DNA of 64,000 nucleotides from Phoronis australis (taxonomy: Eukaryota > Animalia > Phoronida), in NCBI GenBank assembly GCA_002633005.1, contig NMRA01000256.1, forward strand, positions 406,120 to 470,119, written 5' to 3'. This document shows positions 11,997-27,115 of the stretch, piece after piece; the stretch's first letter is position 1, and every line of letters starts with the position of its first letter. A program made the position numbers and the translations under genes. Below the pieces are notes generated by a model. That model saw only the letters and a program-made list of their open reading frames with translations, had not been told where the DNA came from and did no database searches.

Positions 11997-14342
11997 ATTA
12001 TATTTTCTCGAATTGGACGGCGCGGCAAAACACGGTTACACGAGACACAAAAACATGAGCGGCGTAGCACTGACAAAAACGGGGGGCTCTAGTGCCCCCC
12101 AGCCCCCTGTAGTTCACCGCCCATAGATCATGGGTGCCGGAGCAATGAAAAAAGCGGCGGCACCCTATGTTGCGCAGCCCATGAAAAATAGCGTATCTAC
12201 TTTGTCGAAAGTTGTTGTAGACATAGGAAAACAGTTTTGGAGAAGCTTTGGCTCGCTTTCTCGTGGATGTTTGCGCTGGTCTATTAGGTGGGAGAGCTTT
12301 CCACAAGTGTCTGTAACTGAGTGTTAAGTGTAGTCATTAACTTAGTTAAGACTCAACTGAAATTACGGAGAATGCTGACATGCTGCTCGTTCCAACCATG
12401 ACTGAAACATGATTCTAAACTCCATGTGAGGACTGACCAACATGAGAAAATCTCGCCTGGTCTCTAACTACAGCAGTACAGATTTCGGACTGCTGTTATG
12501 TTTATAGCTAGGAAAGTGTCAACTTACCGACCCCCTGTTATCACTACTAGTAGCAATAGTAAACAATGAAACTTAACACCCAACGCCAAGTATTCTGTAT
12601 ATGCTATAAATGAATTTTTATAAAATACTTAAAGACTTTTCGTTAAAATATGCTACAATAACACAAAAAACAGTGTAAGAGATGACATCGATTTTTTCTA
12701 CATCCAATATCTATGATCTTACGAAATAATAAGTTGATGTGAAGGTGGTGTATGAATACAAAACTTGTAGTAATTATCGTTACAGGTTTTGATGATTTAA
12801 TACAAGCTTTTCAGTTTCATTCATGCACATTCTAGAACGTCATGATATTTTCGTAATAGTGGATATAATAGTTTTACAGTTATATCATATATTGAGAATT
12901 ATTTCAGTTAAGCAATTATATGTCCCGGTGTAAGTTGGTTAAGCAGACGTCACTGGTGTCATCCATTTAAATGAAGACCTGTGAGTAGACCAAGGCACAA
13001 AATAATGGCAGACTTGAATAAAGTTGGCAACAGTTGTCAAGAGAATCTCAGACGTTATTAACCTAAATAAGCAATTCATTATTTATAGTTTTTCATTTGA
13101 ATGTGTAAACTAAGAATTTTATAAACGTACGCTCATGTCACAATTTTATAAACTATTCTTTTGTCATGGTAGAGTGCAACCTCTAAATCCATTTGACAAT
13201 TTAGGGCGTTTTCTTGAAACCATTATCATTGTGTTCTATCCCAGACTATGTTTTGGCTATACATGTTCAGTCAAACGTTCCACATATGCTTAGTTAACAA
13301 CATTGAAGTGAACAGGTCAAATACACAGTTGAGTCATAGGGCCGTAACTGTGTATTGCTTCAGTTACTATAATTCCACGTACAGTAGTCTGTACCCTGCA
13401 TGTCTCTTTTTAATTGTTTTAGTCTATTTGTTGTGATAACTTGGGTTGCGACCTACAACCACTTCAGCTAGAGACTGAGACTAATTCATATGTGACAGTG
13501 GAGATAAAACCAAGAGAAATAGATAGGGAACTCCAGTCCCAAGACAGCACCAAAATACCCCTCCACACATTAAAGCTCCGTCATTAAGAGAAGAGAAAAT
13601 AGCTATGCATGTACTCAGGGTACCTATAAACAAATGCTCTTCAATTAAGTTTATTTAACATTAACTCAGTGTGCAGTCACTAATTGGGAATTCATTTGTG
13701 TTTTTTAGTGCCTGTTCTAAATAACCCTGTGTATTTGATTTGTTTTCTGTAGTTAATGGATTGAAGACAACAGAAAGTAAATATAGTTGTAAACAGCAGT
13801 TTGCCTAGCGGTACGTGAAACTTAATTCTTTCTCAGGAGATCTTATCACACAGAGAGAAGAGGATCAGATGATGGCAAAAAGTAACGCAAAATGAGGTTC
13901 ACGCGATGATGACAGAAAATGGTGGCAAACGAACAAAGAATTATATCCTCTCTCAGTAACTCTTGATCAACTATAAAATCTTTCTTTTGTTTGATTCTTA
14001 TAACAGCAAATCAAAGTATCCCTGGCATTAAAAGTGGCAATCCTTGGTGGTCATTAGGTTGTTTCCTACTCTTTTATTTTACATTCTGTAGAAGGGAACA
14101 TCCCTAAAATCTGAAAAGTAACACTTCTCTGAAAAAAGCTGAACTCTGAAGATTCTAAATGAATTCTATAAATGAAAACAAGTTGACTATGGGAAAATGT
14201 TCATTTCACCAATAAAATTAACTGAACGGACTTAACAGAAAGGAAAAGTCACTTTATCAACAATGAACAAAAAATTAACAATTTACAGGCGACATTTAAA
14301 AATCTTGTTGTTGAAGAAAAAGGAGAATACTCCACTCAGATC

Positions 14343-14351
14343 TATATATAC

Positions 14352-14403
<52 letters not shown>
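14343..14403. repeat. (TA)n microsatellite
   Basis: Directly visible. Confidence 0.95.
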
Positions 14404-14407
<4 letters not shown>

Positions 14408-14751
14408 CGTGAACAAATTAATCAGATTATTCAAGCGTAAAAATAAGTTCCTCGGTTATTTGGACGTAAAGTCATCTATGTGGTCCAGATTCTTCTGGAT
14501 TTTCATCAAGCTTGTACAGTGCCACAATCTGTCATATTTGTTCATTTGTTTGGGTTTGTTTTGGTCTATTGGTCTCCTTGTCATTGCTCAAAAATCAATT
14601 GGTACCAGGAATGACATGGTTCTTGAAACGGTCTTGTTATCTCTTAGTTTACTAAGTTGTCTCTTATTGAATAACTGTTCACTTTGGATTTACTTTTATG
14701 TTAGCACAGCAAAAGATTTCAGATATGTTTCTGTCAACTTGCTTTTGTGTT

Positions 14752-14968
14752 CTGTCGAGTAACTTCTATGGCCCATCCAGCCTGAGTATCCATGTGATGT
14801 CAGTACTGCTCTTTTCTATAGTAAGCATGTTGATGTCGTAGACCAAGTAAGTTTACTTGGTCTTGTGACCTACTTGGTCTACGACATCAACATGCTTACT
14901 ATAGAAAAGAGCAGTACTGACATCACATGGATACTCAGGCTGGATGGGCCATAGAAGTTACTCGACAG
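14752..14968. repeat. Perfect palindrome: 98-bp arms, 21-bp spacer
   Basis: 14752-14849 is the exact reverse complement of 14871-14968. Confidence 0.95.
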
Positions 14969-17444
14969 TAAACTTACTTGTTCTACGACTTTGACAAATT
15001 GCCCATTCGAAGAAGCATTGCTTGCAAGCGACAGGATGACCATTAACATATGTTGCAGAAACAGTGGTAGTCACTTTCTGTATGTCAGGGCACCAGTGAT
15101 TTAGATTCAATAAAGTGTTGCAGAATGAAAGCGTGGTTTTAACACAATCTATGTATTTACATTACGCAAACACTTGACGTTTATTGCACAACTGTATTTC
15201 TTGTACAAATATCTTGCTGTGCAGTCACTCTGAGATGTGTGTATGGTGTGTATCATTCTAGTAACATTATAAATTACAGTGGACACTGCTGTTACACATC
15301 ACTTTAATATTTGACTTCGTATAATACATTCTGATTGCAGTCACTGTGTAGCTCATTTAGCCATCTGTTGTTTTGCTTAAGTTGCTTTGTTTTTCTACAA
15401 AAAACATCAAGGACATTTACTCAATTCATCAGTTTACCCGACGTTTACTATATTGTTTTACAGGGAGTATGGATAAAAATAATATTGTACTTGCTTTCTA
15501 GCCTAAGTCAAACTTTCATCAAATTTGAGCAGAATTTGACAGCTTAGTGCATTCACCTCACGAAGGCGAACAGAATTTCGTTGAACTAGACTATTTGTTG
15601 TATAATGTTTAAGCATTTACACCTTAAAAAGAAAAATTAGCGTTGTTAACTGTGTGTGGTTAGAAATACTCTTATAACTGTAGCAACACCCAGTGAATGA
15701 ATATGCTTATTTAAGAAAGCAAGTGAAAACTAAACTGAACATCCATTGAATGTGCTAAAACATACATATGTTTGCATCCAACAGTGTGTAATCTTTCCTA
15801 TTCTACATCAATTTGTCATGTTCTGTTCTACACCACTATATTTCTATTTAAATAAGTGAAATACAACTAACGTTATTCTGCATTCATGTTATTTCATCAC
15901 TGTTTACAATTACCTCTGAGTTAGTTGCACGCCACTGTTTCTTGTATAAACAAGTTATGAAGAAACAGAGGCAAGCTTAGTTGTTAGAACTACAAGCGGT
16001 ATTCGATTTTACTGTCATTTCTCGGACTTTCCTGAGTCCTAATTTGATTTGCAGGTTTTGAATTTTCTCCATTGACGTTGTGCAATGCTTTGTTTAACAT
16101 TTTTATAAATAATAATGCGATCCTGAGTATATGTTAAAGTTGGTATTTCGTGTTTTCAGTTGTCTCATTGGTTAGCTTTATAATCCCCGGTGTTCGCATG
16201 TATCACAGAAAGCTTGGTTATGAACTGTCCTTTTTGTTTATATCTCTCATTGTTTATTAAACTGATGCAGCTGGTCAAAAGTAGTTCCATCCATTCATAT
16301 GTGGTTTTGGAGTATAGGTCTAATGTGTCTTTCAGCAATTAGCCTGGTACTTATTGTAGTTAGATATTGTTTATGATAAGGGTCTGAAAATTTTTAGACT
16401 AGGCGAACAATCGTCATGGACTAAAGCCTAAGTTTTGAAGATCCCTTTTATGTTTAGTCGCATAATCTTCCAGCTAGCAAGCAGACTGTATAAGAATGCC
16501 AGTTGATCTTGCAATAGCACTAACACTGTTTTCATGGTAACTTAATATTTCTTGAATAAGAGCGAGTAATTCGAGCGTTGACCTTGTCAGCATGTGTATT
16601 TACAAGGTGAATACACTGAACAGATCTGTTCGGCTGCGCAAACGTAGTGTATGCGTACATGTAAACACTGTGGCATACCCGGTGAAGTACAGCACCAGTC
16701 TGTAGCCAATGGCATCAGGAAGACATTATCGTGGTAATAACCCACGTGTAGGTAATACCCACATCTGCTGGGTTTGATTGAAAGTTTTGCAAGCAAGGAA
16801 ATTTGGAATATGCCACCTTCATTGTTGTTACGAAACATATCTGGATTATAAAAGAACCACCCTCTCAGAATTCTATTCACTTGGACTTCACAAATATTGA
16901 CAGCATCAAATTATAAAAATCTGCAGCTGAACAATGGCACTCAAAATCCACAAGAGAGCATCCCTTTTAATGTCCTTGTGGGTGTTCGCCATGATCAGGA
17001 GTAATTGTTAAAAATAACAGAATTGCCGTTAAATATTGCGACTAAAAGCGAGACTATTGAAATCGATCCATTTTATGATGGAAAGCACGCGCATTATGTC
17101 TTGCTTCAGCGTGCATTGCAAGTACTAAAGACAAGTTTTATGTTGCAAAAACTTAAACCGAGAATTGCGTTCCACGTACGAAGTTTTTAATTGAACCAGG
17201 GCACGAGAGTATATCTCTTAGAACATATACCTTCATGCACTTTACATGTACTTATGAAGAGGATGCAGATGGTCTCTATCTATTCCCAATGAAATCTGCC
17301 CGAAGTCTCGCGATCACAGTGAGCGTACGTCAATCTCGTTTACTCTTGTCGATCTCACATTGCATGACCTTCAATTTGGGATCATTAATGTCACAGTCAA
17401 TGGATGACCCCAATCACAAGCTAGTCACGCATTGGAAAGATTTG

Positions 17445-17816
17445 CCCTCTGACACAGCGCCATCTATACAGAAAAGAGGCCCTATGGAAACATGATCAAC
17501 GACACACGGAATTCCGCATCAATGCGCATGCTTAGTCGGAAGTTTACCGAGCACATCGCCACCACTTGCACGCCGCCTTTATGCACTGTACATGTTTGGG
17601 CTTAAGCCACTGGATCGGAGTGTCCTTGATTTTGTTTTCTTCGATCATTGCCAGTTTTAATAAATTGCAACATTACTATTCAAGTCAAAGGTGCTCGCCA
17701 TAGTAAACTGAAAGGGGTTTCCCAATTTTCAGCCATTAGGAATGACTTTAACCAATGAGAAGCCATGTTAAACAACATTGCACAGTGCTACCTTTCACAG
17801 CACTGTGAAAAAGTAT
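17445..17816 (+). repeat. ~0.4-kb interspersed repeat, copy C (uninterrupted)
   Basis: Same sequence as A and B without insertions; subterminal hairpin at 17781-17807. Confidence 0.8.
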
Positions 17817-20800
17817 GTGGCAAGATTGAGAACACCGCGAGACTTCCGGTCGATTTCATTTGAAATGGATGGGAAACAGATGCATTCCCTTTATAACAAA
17901 CGGTGTACAACAGATATGTTCCAAAAAGATGGAAGACATACTCTTGTGTTCCGGCATGTTTGTAAATAATTATTTACAGACAGGTTGGACTGCTTAATCC
18001 AGCGATCGATGCATGAAAACATAACAACGGGCGGGAATCAAACGCCGCACCTGAACCAGGAGAAGAGACTGATAGAGCTGCGCCGCCAAATCTGGCACAT
18101 TTTGTTGATTGAGATAATTTATGTTATCGAGTGGCTATTATCTCTGCTAAGTAGTGATATTGCCATCTCGGGAAGGGGAGGGTTTGTTACCGCGACGCCT
18201 AAGCGGGCTTAAGCCAGACTGTGACTAACTTGCCCTAATCGATTCACAAATTTTAATTTAAAATGTGTGTGGCTTAGCCGCGGTGATGGAGAAAACCTGT
18301 TCGCTAATTTATCTTATATTGCATCGAATAAAAAAATCGAAGACGGCTATAATATTTACTTTTCCATTTCCAAAAATAGTCAAGTCATTCGTTTGCCTTA
18401 CTTTTTGTTCGTCTTTGTCGTTGAAACACGTACGCTGAACGGGCGCGTTGGTTTACGATCGTGCACATTCGGCCAAACCCGTGAATAGCGACTAGCTCAC
18501 GTCAATCTGCAACGGCGCCATCAAGCCTTTATGGTGGTAACGCTGCCATCTGTCAGATTTGTTAGTAGCCGGGGTGTTCGATTCATTGCTACATGCATTG
18601 TCACGGGTTCCCATTTCCTGGACGCCCAGATGATTCCATGGTCTCATATTGTAGGCCAGAACCCAAAAGTGTACAGGACCTGGTATTAACTATTTGCCAG
18701 AGTATGAACATCGGATTGTTTCTTGCCCTGACACCAACGATGTGGTGAACCTATCTCCCGATGTTGTCAACGTGGAGGACACCTGCTGCTTTTAGCCTAT
18801 GCAGCCATACTTCGTGAGCTGACCGAAAACAAAAAAATCTGCGCGCTCTATTTCGAAATCACGTGTCTTAAATTATTTATGATCAGCATGTCAGTGTACA
18901 TGAATGCTAAAAAATATGGCACGACTGGCAGATTTTATGTATTATGTATTAATCCGAGTTCCATTGTTTGTAGGTTACCCAACCCCCACTACAAACGTTT
19001 CACACACACCTCATTCCCGTCGGCAATTGGTATCAGCGTGAAGAATGGCATAAAAAGCAAAAATTGTTGGTGGATGTTATACCGTGACGTAATGATGACG
19101 GAGTTATTATATTGAGATTCGTGATATGCGAGCTAAATTGGCTTCGGTATCACCAATCGAGATATAATAACCCACAGTTATCATCACGTACGTTGCATAA
19201 TAAATTTATCACATCAAGGACTCTTTAAAGCGGCTGTAAACCAGCGTTCGGGTCCAAGAAGCTTGTCAGAACTATTGAGTGTAAAATTCAACTCCATAAG
19301 CAAAACGTTCATAAATTGACTGAAAGTTTTCAGCACAATGTTTATCTGTTGCTTGAAAAAGTAAAACAACCAATTTTCGCATTGGCGTAGAAATGAGGTT
19401 TACCACAAGTCACTCGTTGCTTAATCGTGGTCGCTAGAGTCATTTGTTAAAGTACATTAATTTCGCGTATTTTAACAGGTTTTCATCCTAATTTCCATGG
19501 GTTTTCACTTAATTTCAAAGTAATTAGTACAGTTGCACTACTGGTGTGATATTTAACATCTTGTGGGTTTTATTGTTGCTCAAAATTTCTTTTTGCACTT
19601 TGTGATAAGTAACGTATTCGTGTAGAGATGACTTTACAGACTATAAAAACCTCCAGGTCCGAATTTTAAAGAGAGAAACAGCAGCAATTACACATGAGAC
19701 ATGAAAAAATAATTCTTCCTTATTTTACTGTTGCATCATCATATCACCACATATGTCATACTGGTTTCACATGAATGGCGAAAACGCTAACAGCGTCACT
19801 GACTAAAACGCTAAAGAAAACGCTAGCGTTTTAGCAAGCCGTCTGCGAAGTGGGAAATTTCAGCAGTTAGTTTATTTCTTCACCACTCGAGTCGCTTTTA
19901 AGCAAAAGTTGTCAAATCACATTGACTTTCTGCCATTAATTGACAGGTGTGGCGATAGAACAAAGGCCTCTTACCGATGCGTGTGTGCGTTCTTTGAAGT
20001 AAGAGGTCTGTCTACAACAGTGCTCTAGCGGTAACGCCTATAGTCTTGAGGTCTCAAACTTCCAAAAAGCGTCAACAAAAGTGACCCTTGCGACAGTTCA
20101 CATTACTGTCGTTTTTGCTGCTGGCAAAAGTGCCACCGAAACCGCTAGCGTTTTAGCCAGCATGCGAACCGGCATTAGCCTCGTTCCAGCCTCCAGTGCA
20201 CATTCGTCTTGGTCACTGTATTCACTCCTTATTTGTAAAGTCACTTGAGGTGAACAATCCGACCTACTTTGCTCAGAAGATGAAGGTAATAACATTTTTA
20301 CTCAAAGACGTATTTTGAGGCAAATGACTCACCAAAACTGGGACGGAATATCGTCTTGAAAGGGTGTAACAAACGTTTGTTTCTTAAATAAGTAATGTGG
20401 TCGCCTCCATGTACCTTTGTTCCTAGGTCCACCATTGTCTATTAGTCATCATTCTTTGGAGAAATAACAGAGAGTCTGGCATATGCTTGTTAAAAATAAT
20501 CAATGATTACAAATTATCCGAAACCTAGGGACATAGTTGTATGCTATTTGATTTATGTGTTTCGACATGACAGTAGGTCCTTCATTTGTGTGAATTGATG
20601 CTGAATGCACTACTTGAACTTCGAGATTCTATTTTTGTATTTTTGTTTGGTAGTTTCACAAAATCGATCTTATAAGAATTTGTCTAACTTAGCTTCCTGT
20701 TTTTATGACCGCTGCATGTTGTAGACTTACGTGTAGTCATATTGGTTCATCGTTCAATTCACTGTTATCCATGTTAGTAAAAATAGTCATTAAACTAAAT

Positions 20801-20964
20801 ACGTTAGTGTATACACAAATTGCTTACACGTTATCATTTTTTCGGTTAGTATGCTCAAAGCAATTTATATAATTCACTAATCATTGTAGCCGTCCAATAC
20901 AATAACCATCAACCGTCTAGATCGCAGACTTCTCACAGGCACATGAGATTATGTACATGTATGC

Positions 20965-20994
20965 TGCGTGCGTGCGTGTGTGTGTGTGCGTGTT

Positions 20995-21026
<32 letters not shown>
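20965..21026. repeat. (TG)n/(TGCG)n microsatellite
   Basis: Directly visible. Confidence 0.95.
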
Positions 21027-24000
21027 CAAGACTTAAATCATTGATGTAATTTTAAAAGAACGTGAAATGCGGTATGTAACGACATGGGTGGAAGAGAAAA
21101 ATAACCACCGCATCGAATGCTGTTAAGACTACAATGAAATCTGCTATAAGGATCCATGAAGCGTTATGAAGTTGGTCTCAGATTGTATCATAATCTGATC
21201 AGAGGTGGTGACTGGGTTTGCAAAGGATTGTAATACTTGAGACCAACCAAGCTCGGCACAAATAATGATTCGCCGTGACAAGCCATCTTGTGGAGCCTTT
21301 CATTTTTTTCATAGCCCTGAAAACACAGCTAATTTGACTAACGAACAGTTTGAGATCCTCGTAGTGGTATTAGCGGTATAAATCAAAAGTTGGCATTTGT
21401 GCTGGAGGGCGTGCTTATAACAGCATTGAAGTTCTGCACAACACTAATTAGGCCAAGCCTTAATCGAAAACTTCAAAATTGAATAAATCCAGTTAAGCAA
21501 GTGAGCGGCAAATCTTCCAATTGAAACAATCAATCGACTTCTTCCGTCAGCGGTGTTGTCATTAGGGATGTCAAGTCTTCCGTAAGCACTTAAAACGTGT
21601 CAGATCTTGCCATGTGTTAATTTCACTTTTCAAAAAAAAACATTCGCTTAGATTTCTGAAAGTGATGGAGAGATCCGTGATTTTTAGTTTTTTATTCGAA
21701 GTCTGATCGAAACTAGCAATATTAAAACAAAGAAGACCGAAACGACACCAGCGGATAGATTAAAAATAAAAAGACTGCTAAATAAAAAGTCAATACTCCT
21801 GTAAGCACAAAACTTAAAATGCTCTGCCAACCCAGCAGACGTCAAATTTTAATGAAATTAAGGCAAGTAAATTTAGCCGTGGCTCAAAAAGCCTTTGAGT
21901 GCCACATAAGATTTGTTCTCCGGGTGATAGAACGAGACATCTAAAAATTTTAGTCACAGTTAACCTGCACTGTATTTCAGTGGAATTGGTAAACAACCTC
22001 GAAATAAGCTGAAAAGGAACAAAATTAAATTTAGTATCATTGAAAATGAAGTTTCTGTGGGTGTTTTGTTATTCGTATCTGTAAACTGAACGGTTTCGGA
22101 TTTTTATTACTTATGAAGTTTCTTGGGTTACACGGAGATAGCACACACAAGAAAATTCGGTATTGCAAATTGTCTTGTTAAAGACAATTTTTGAAGGTAC
22201 AATTAGTATTTTGTAGAAAATTGAACGCGCCTACTCCAAGTTTGCTGTTGGTTACTGTTCGGATAAGGGTGCTTGTTCTCCTACTATGTAGGTAGCTCTG
22301 TTCGTTGGCTAAGTATAAAGATTACATAGTGACATACAGGGTCCGATTTGACGAATACCAAGCCGCCAAATGAGAGAGTCGACGTACAGGTGTACCCCTG
22401 AATTCCATGTACAACCTGCGCTAAAATGAAAGGAACATCCGGGCATCCCAAGAATATTCAGCTCGTTTATGCAAGTTGGCTATCCAATACATGCAGAGGT
22501 AGGACACTCAGCCTGGCGGACTCCCGCCGACCTGCTCAGCCGGGGGATACTTCAGGCGGACTGATCTCATACGCCCAATGTAAATTCAAATCTTAGTTGC
22601 TCAACTCGCGAAACTCTATCCGAAGCTCCAAAATTTTCAGATCGTGTACTTTATTACCTTTATTACCTATGCTTTGTATAAAATATCGACAACGGGCAAA
22701 TGAAGGTAGGCCAACACAAAGGCCCGGGTTTTGCAATCAGACATCAAATATTATGTAGTAGTCAAATCAGAAACGGCGAAAATCGCAATTAGACACCCTT
22801 ACTTGAATACGGTAATGGTGTGCCCTTACCGGCTTGAAGTATGGTTACGAACACCGATGGCCGGACCTAACACTGGTCGTGAAAAATCTAGTGAAAATTA
22901 TGTGCCGAAGCCTACTGTGGACGGTCAGTCAAGAACGTTTTTATGTTTTCCATGTTGATAAACCAATACCGCTCATGATCAAGGCTGAGTTCCTAAGATG
23001 CAGGAAAATAGCAAGTGAAAGAAATAGCAAGCCGCGAGATACCACTATGTCTAACGAGCAATGCATGTTATCTCACTATTTTTTCACGCGAGTGTCCTGG
23101 CTCTACCGAACGCAGCCCATGTATATTTCTTTCTACAAGCGCATTGAGCATTTGTAAGCAAGACTGTCGGTTTTGTTGCCAAGACAACAACATTGCAGAA
23201 AGAAAACCTTTCGACATGTAAGTGAGCGACTTTCTCTATTTTGACCTGAACGTTCTTTTATAATATATGTTTTCATTGTTGCGAAGCACTGCATAGATGT
23301 TTCTTCGATTTATTATCGATTTTTAGCGGTAGATTTTGTGACTGAGTGTATATTTCGTAGCCACTGCTCCTCATACCAGCCTTCACATAGTTTCGTTGGC
23401 AGATTCTTTCGACATTGTTAATTTTTTTTTGTAATCTATTGCTGTCTTCTCCTCCCGCAACATAATCATTAATTGGTGATGTCATCTGTAATCAGTAATG
23501 AATCAAGTGCAGTAATACAATTTAAGGTGATGCTAGGGGAACTGTATGAAGCGCCAAAAGGTTCTTAAACTAGTAACTTTTTGGGCGTTGAAATGTGCTT
23601 AATCAAGGAGTAGTTTTACTTAAACTATATGTCCTTACATATTGACTTAACTCCGGTCTGAGGGGAGCGTCGACGTAAACAGCGCAGTTAACTGGACCGT
23701 TCATACTGGCTTCGGTAGTTAATGAACATCAAAGTAAGCGGTTGTGTGCCGCTGTCGTCATCGAAGTTATCGCAAGTAGCGTTGCATGCTAAGATTTTTT
23801 TCAATGTTTCAATTTGGAAATATTTACATGTGCTAAGTGACATTAAACTTATTTTTAAATCGATTGGTTATTATTAGAGTAAAATATAAGCAGCTATTAG
23901 TGACGGCACTACCTTGTAACTGTTGATGATAACAGTGGCACCTGGCGGTCTTAAATCCACCTGTTAACTGCGATGTTAATTGGAGCTGTTAACTGCGATC

Positions 24001-24167
24001 CAGGACCGGAGTTAAGCGTTCATACTGACCGCAGTTCCCCAAACCATCGACGCCTCGACGTTAGTATGAAGGGCCCTATGCGTACTTTTAATCAATACAT
24101 ATAGTCCAACCACACCCGTACTCTCAAATTAATTGATTAAGAGTAGAACGATAATCGTTTAAGAACT

Positions 24168-24269
24168 AAAAGTACGCGTAGATTAAAAGTACTCGTAGAT
24201 TAAGCAAAAGCACGCGTAGATTAAGCAAAGGTACGCGTAGATTAAGCAAAAGCACGCGTAAATTAAGCA
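24168..24269. repeat. Minisatellite, ~21-bp unit x~5
   Basis: aaaag(c/t)acgcgtagattaagc repeated with variants. Confidence 0.85.
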
Positions 24270-25049
24270 CATTTCATCGCGTTTTTTGTCAAGAACCCTT
24301 TGTCACTTCATACAACTGAAAGCAGTTCCAGAGAGGGTTTGGTCTCGTGGCTCAAGATATGCTCCGTGTTCCAAAACTTTCAACAGGTTTTTAGCCCTCC
24401 ATTGCTCCATATCTCCAATTATTGTATTATTGGGTTATAGCGTTCCTTCTTCCCTTTATAAGAAAGTGATTACTTTCCAAATAGCTGGCATGGTTTTTCG
24501 GTGACAATCTGTTTTAAAACTGTAGTGGGGTGCAGGCCAACTTTGCTTTTACTCGTAAATAAAAATAATCACCCTAAGAAAATATCAAATCAACTATTTC
24601 ATAACAGTTGTTACCCGTTGATTACTTTTGGTTAGCCTCGGGCAATGCTTTTTATGGAGAGTTGACAATTGGCAAGAGTTATCAATATCTACAATTAACG
24701 ATGACTCATATCACCAGAAACTGCTGTCAAACTTGCAATGTCAGCGTCTTTAGAACACTCAATGAGATTAAGTTCCCCGGAAATTAGCTAGAAATTATGC
24801 TCAGCGCCTTGTTGCAGTAGGGCCTACGTGTTAGAAATCCACTCCGGTAACTCAAGGGAAAATAATTTGCAAAAACGACCAGTCAACCCTGATGGGAAAT
24901 AATATTTCCTAAAATAAAATATTATTTCATAAGACATGTGGAACTTTCGTTAATTGCAGATAAAATCTGAAAATGGGCTGACCCAAAATCCACCAAGAAA
25001 GTGCAGAATTCTATGTTCTATTGTTAGCACTCTTGAAACACTATGTACG

Positions 25050-25207
25050 CAGTGGCGGATTTAGAGGGGGGCCAAGGGGGCCATGGCCCCCCTAAAATCC
25101 TCCCTGAGTCCATTTGGTAGTTCGAGGGTGCGAATGTCGGACGGGCATGATCCTGGCAATACTCTGTCGTGCCCCCCCCCTAACTCAAAATACTGGATCC
25201 GCCCCTG
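25050..25207. mobile_element. MITE, 11-bp TIR CAG(T/G)GGCGGAT, 5-bp TSD GTACG
   Basis: TSD at 25045-25049 and 25208-25212; internal G/C-run hairpin. Confidence 0.75.
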
Positions 25208-26739
25208 GTACGTGTGCCAAACATACGAATTATTCGAGACCATTTCAACCCAAGTGCGTGAAAAATTTTCACAGTCCATTTTCAGGCCTTCCGACTTTCG
25301 ATGCTTCTTGCAATTTAAACCATCTCATTTACTTCAGCGCACGGGCGGATTTGCAAACAAAGCACACTTCCATTCATTCTCTATGGTCGAGTGAAAAACG
25401 TGTCTTAGATTTTTATTTACCATCAAACATCCGGTTTTAGAAATTACTTAGAAAGTGTTTACTTTCGCTGTTGCCATTTATGTTGTTTGATGGTTAGTCG
25501 AGCATTTTTACAAGTCATTGATGTAACATTGACCGAGAGAGTCTCTGAACACCTATACTCTGATTCAAATGAATATACTTTACAGAAAAATAATTGAGCG
25601 TGTGAAATTTATTATGAAAATTTAACCAAGCCTTCTCTGAAAAACACACCAACTTTTATATTAAATAACCTAAAATGTGATTAAAATTCCACATTTAGCA
25701 CCTAAATCTTAAAAACAAATTACATTAACAATCAACTCATTAAGCCTGACAGTAGATTGTAAAATGTTTTTGTGTAAATGCTTATCGGGTTATAAATAAA
25801 ATTTGCAGAACGCACATGCTGTAAATTGTGATTTTGTGAGTTGGCGGCCATTTTGTCACCAACCTTAATTTTTTCTCCCCTACCAATGACCAAATGTAAG
25901 TTCCAGCTATTTTCAAATGTCTAACTTACTATAGCATATAACTTTTGCCATTTCCAGGGTAAAATATAAAAAGAAATTTTGCAATATGTATCAAATTACC
26001 GTCTCGATCGCCATTTTATCGGCCATATTGGTTTTATTTCACGGAAAATTGGCATCTTTTTGTTGGTATACCTGTTATGAAAAGTATATTATCAATGACA
26101 AGCTTTATTGTCATTATTTCCAGCTGTTACATTAAGAGTAACATGCCAGAAAGCAGTAAACACCGGTATTACTGGTCAATTACTGGCACCAAGGAATGAT
26201 CGAAGATGCCATTTATGCAAAAAACCCCATGTTGCAAGTTTTTCTAGGTTAGGCCTTCTAAAGCACTAGAATGACTAGACTACTATAAAACATAGCACAT
26301 GAAATACCCGAACGCAAGTGTAATCCGAATTGTAAACCGGAAGAGATGGGAGATAAGTAAAGCCGTTAATCGGCGTTTAACTACACTAAACTGCTGGCGC
26401 ATAAGTAATAACTAAACCTCTGGCACGTGATAGACCTATCAACGATTAACTTCCCGTATCCCAAAAGCTCTTCATGACGATCTCTGTTCAACAAACACTA
26501 AGTCAGCCTTCGTAAGAGCGCTGGACTCCTACTAGAAAAACTGTTTGTCTGTGTCTTCAAAAATGCATCGTTAATGTTTGGTGAACAGCGAACACGCATT
26601 CGGTAAAAGAAGTCGGAAGCATTTACATTATTAAAATGCTAGACTGACTGTCACTTTCGGACGCAAAATGGGTACCAGCAAGAGGACCAGCAACTAACAG
26701 ACGGGCAATCACCTGGTCTGGTCCTCTCTTAGTGAACAA

Positions 26740-27115
26740 TGACATTTGTGACCACCGGCAGATGCCTCTGGATGATACCGGAAGTATACACGGATTATAG
26801 ACATCGACTAGAGTAAACTGCTCAGAACTCTTTCTTAAGGTCCTCTTCATAAATAAATAGGTCTACTAACTATTCATTTCACCGTAGCTTATTGACTAGA
26901 CTTGAGAATGAATTAGGAGCCTACACAATGCAATATATGCGACTGTAACTAGAGTGCATAAAACAGTAATGTCGAACGTGCTATTAAAATCCTCTGATAA
27001 CGTTAACAAAATACCTAAAAAAGGAATTCTGAGAAGATTACTCTAGTCGATCACCTGAATCCATATATAATTCCGGTATCCTCCCACTAGAGGCATCTTG
27101 TGGTCACAGATGTCA
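26740..27115. repeat. Degenerate foldback element, ~90-bp inverted arms
   Basis: About 26740-26827 versus 27027-27115, e.g. tcgactagagtaa / ttactctagtcga and gataccggaa / ttccggtatc. Confidence 0.6.

Noticed and set aside
14481-14516. Second hammerhead candidate on the minus strand (UUGAUGA..UCCAGA/UCUGGA stem)
   Set aside because: First core base is altered and the GAAA box is missing; at most a dead Penelope-like remnant.
17781-17807. RSS heptamer CACAGTG in inverted pair (also 2580-2828), suggesting a RAG/Transib end
   Set aside because: No nonamer at 12/23 spacing, and the heptamers form a small subterminal hairpin rather than element termini.
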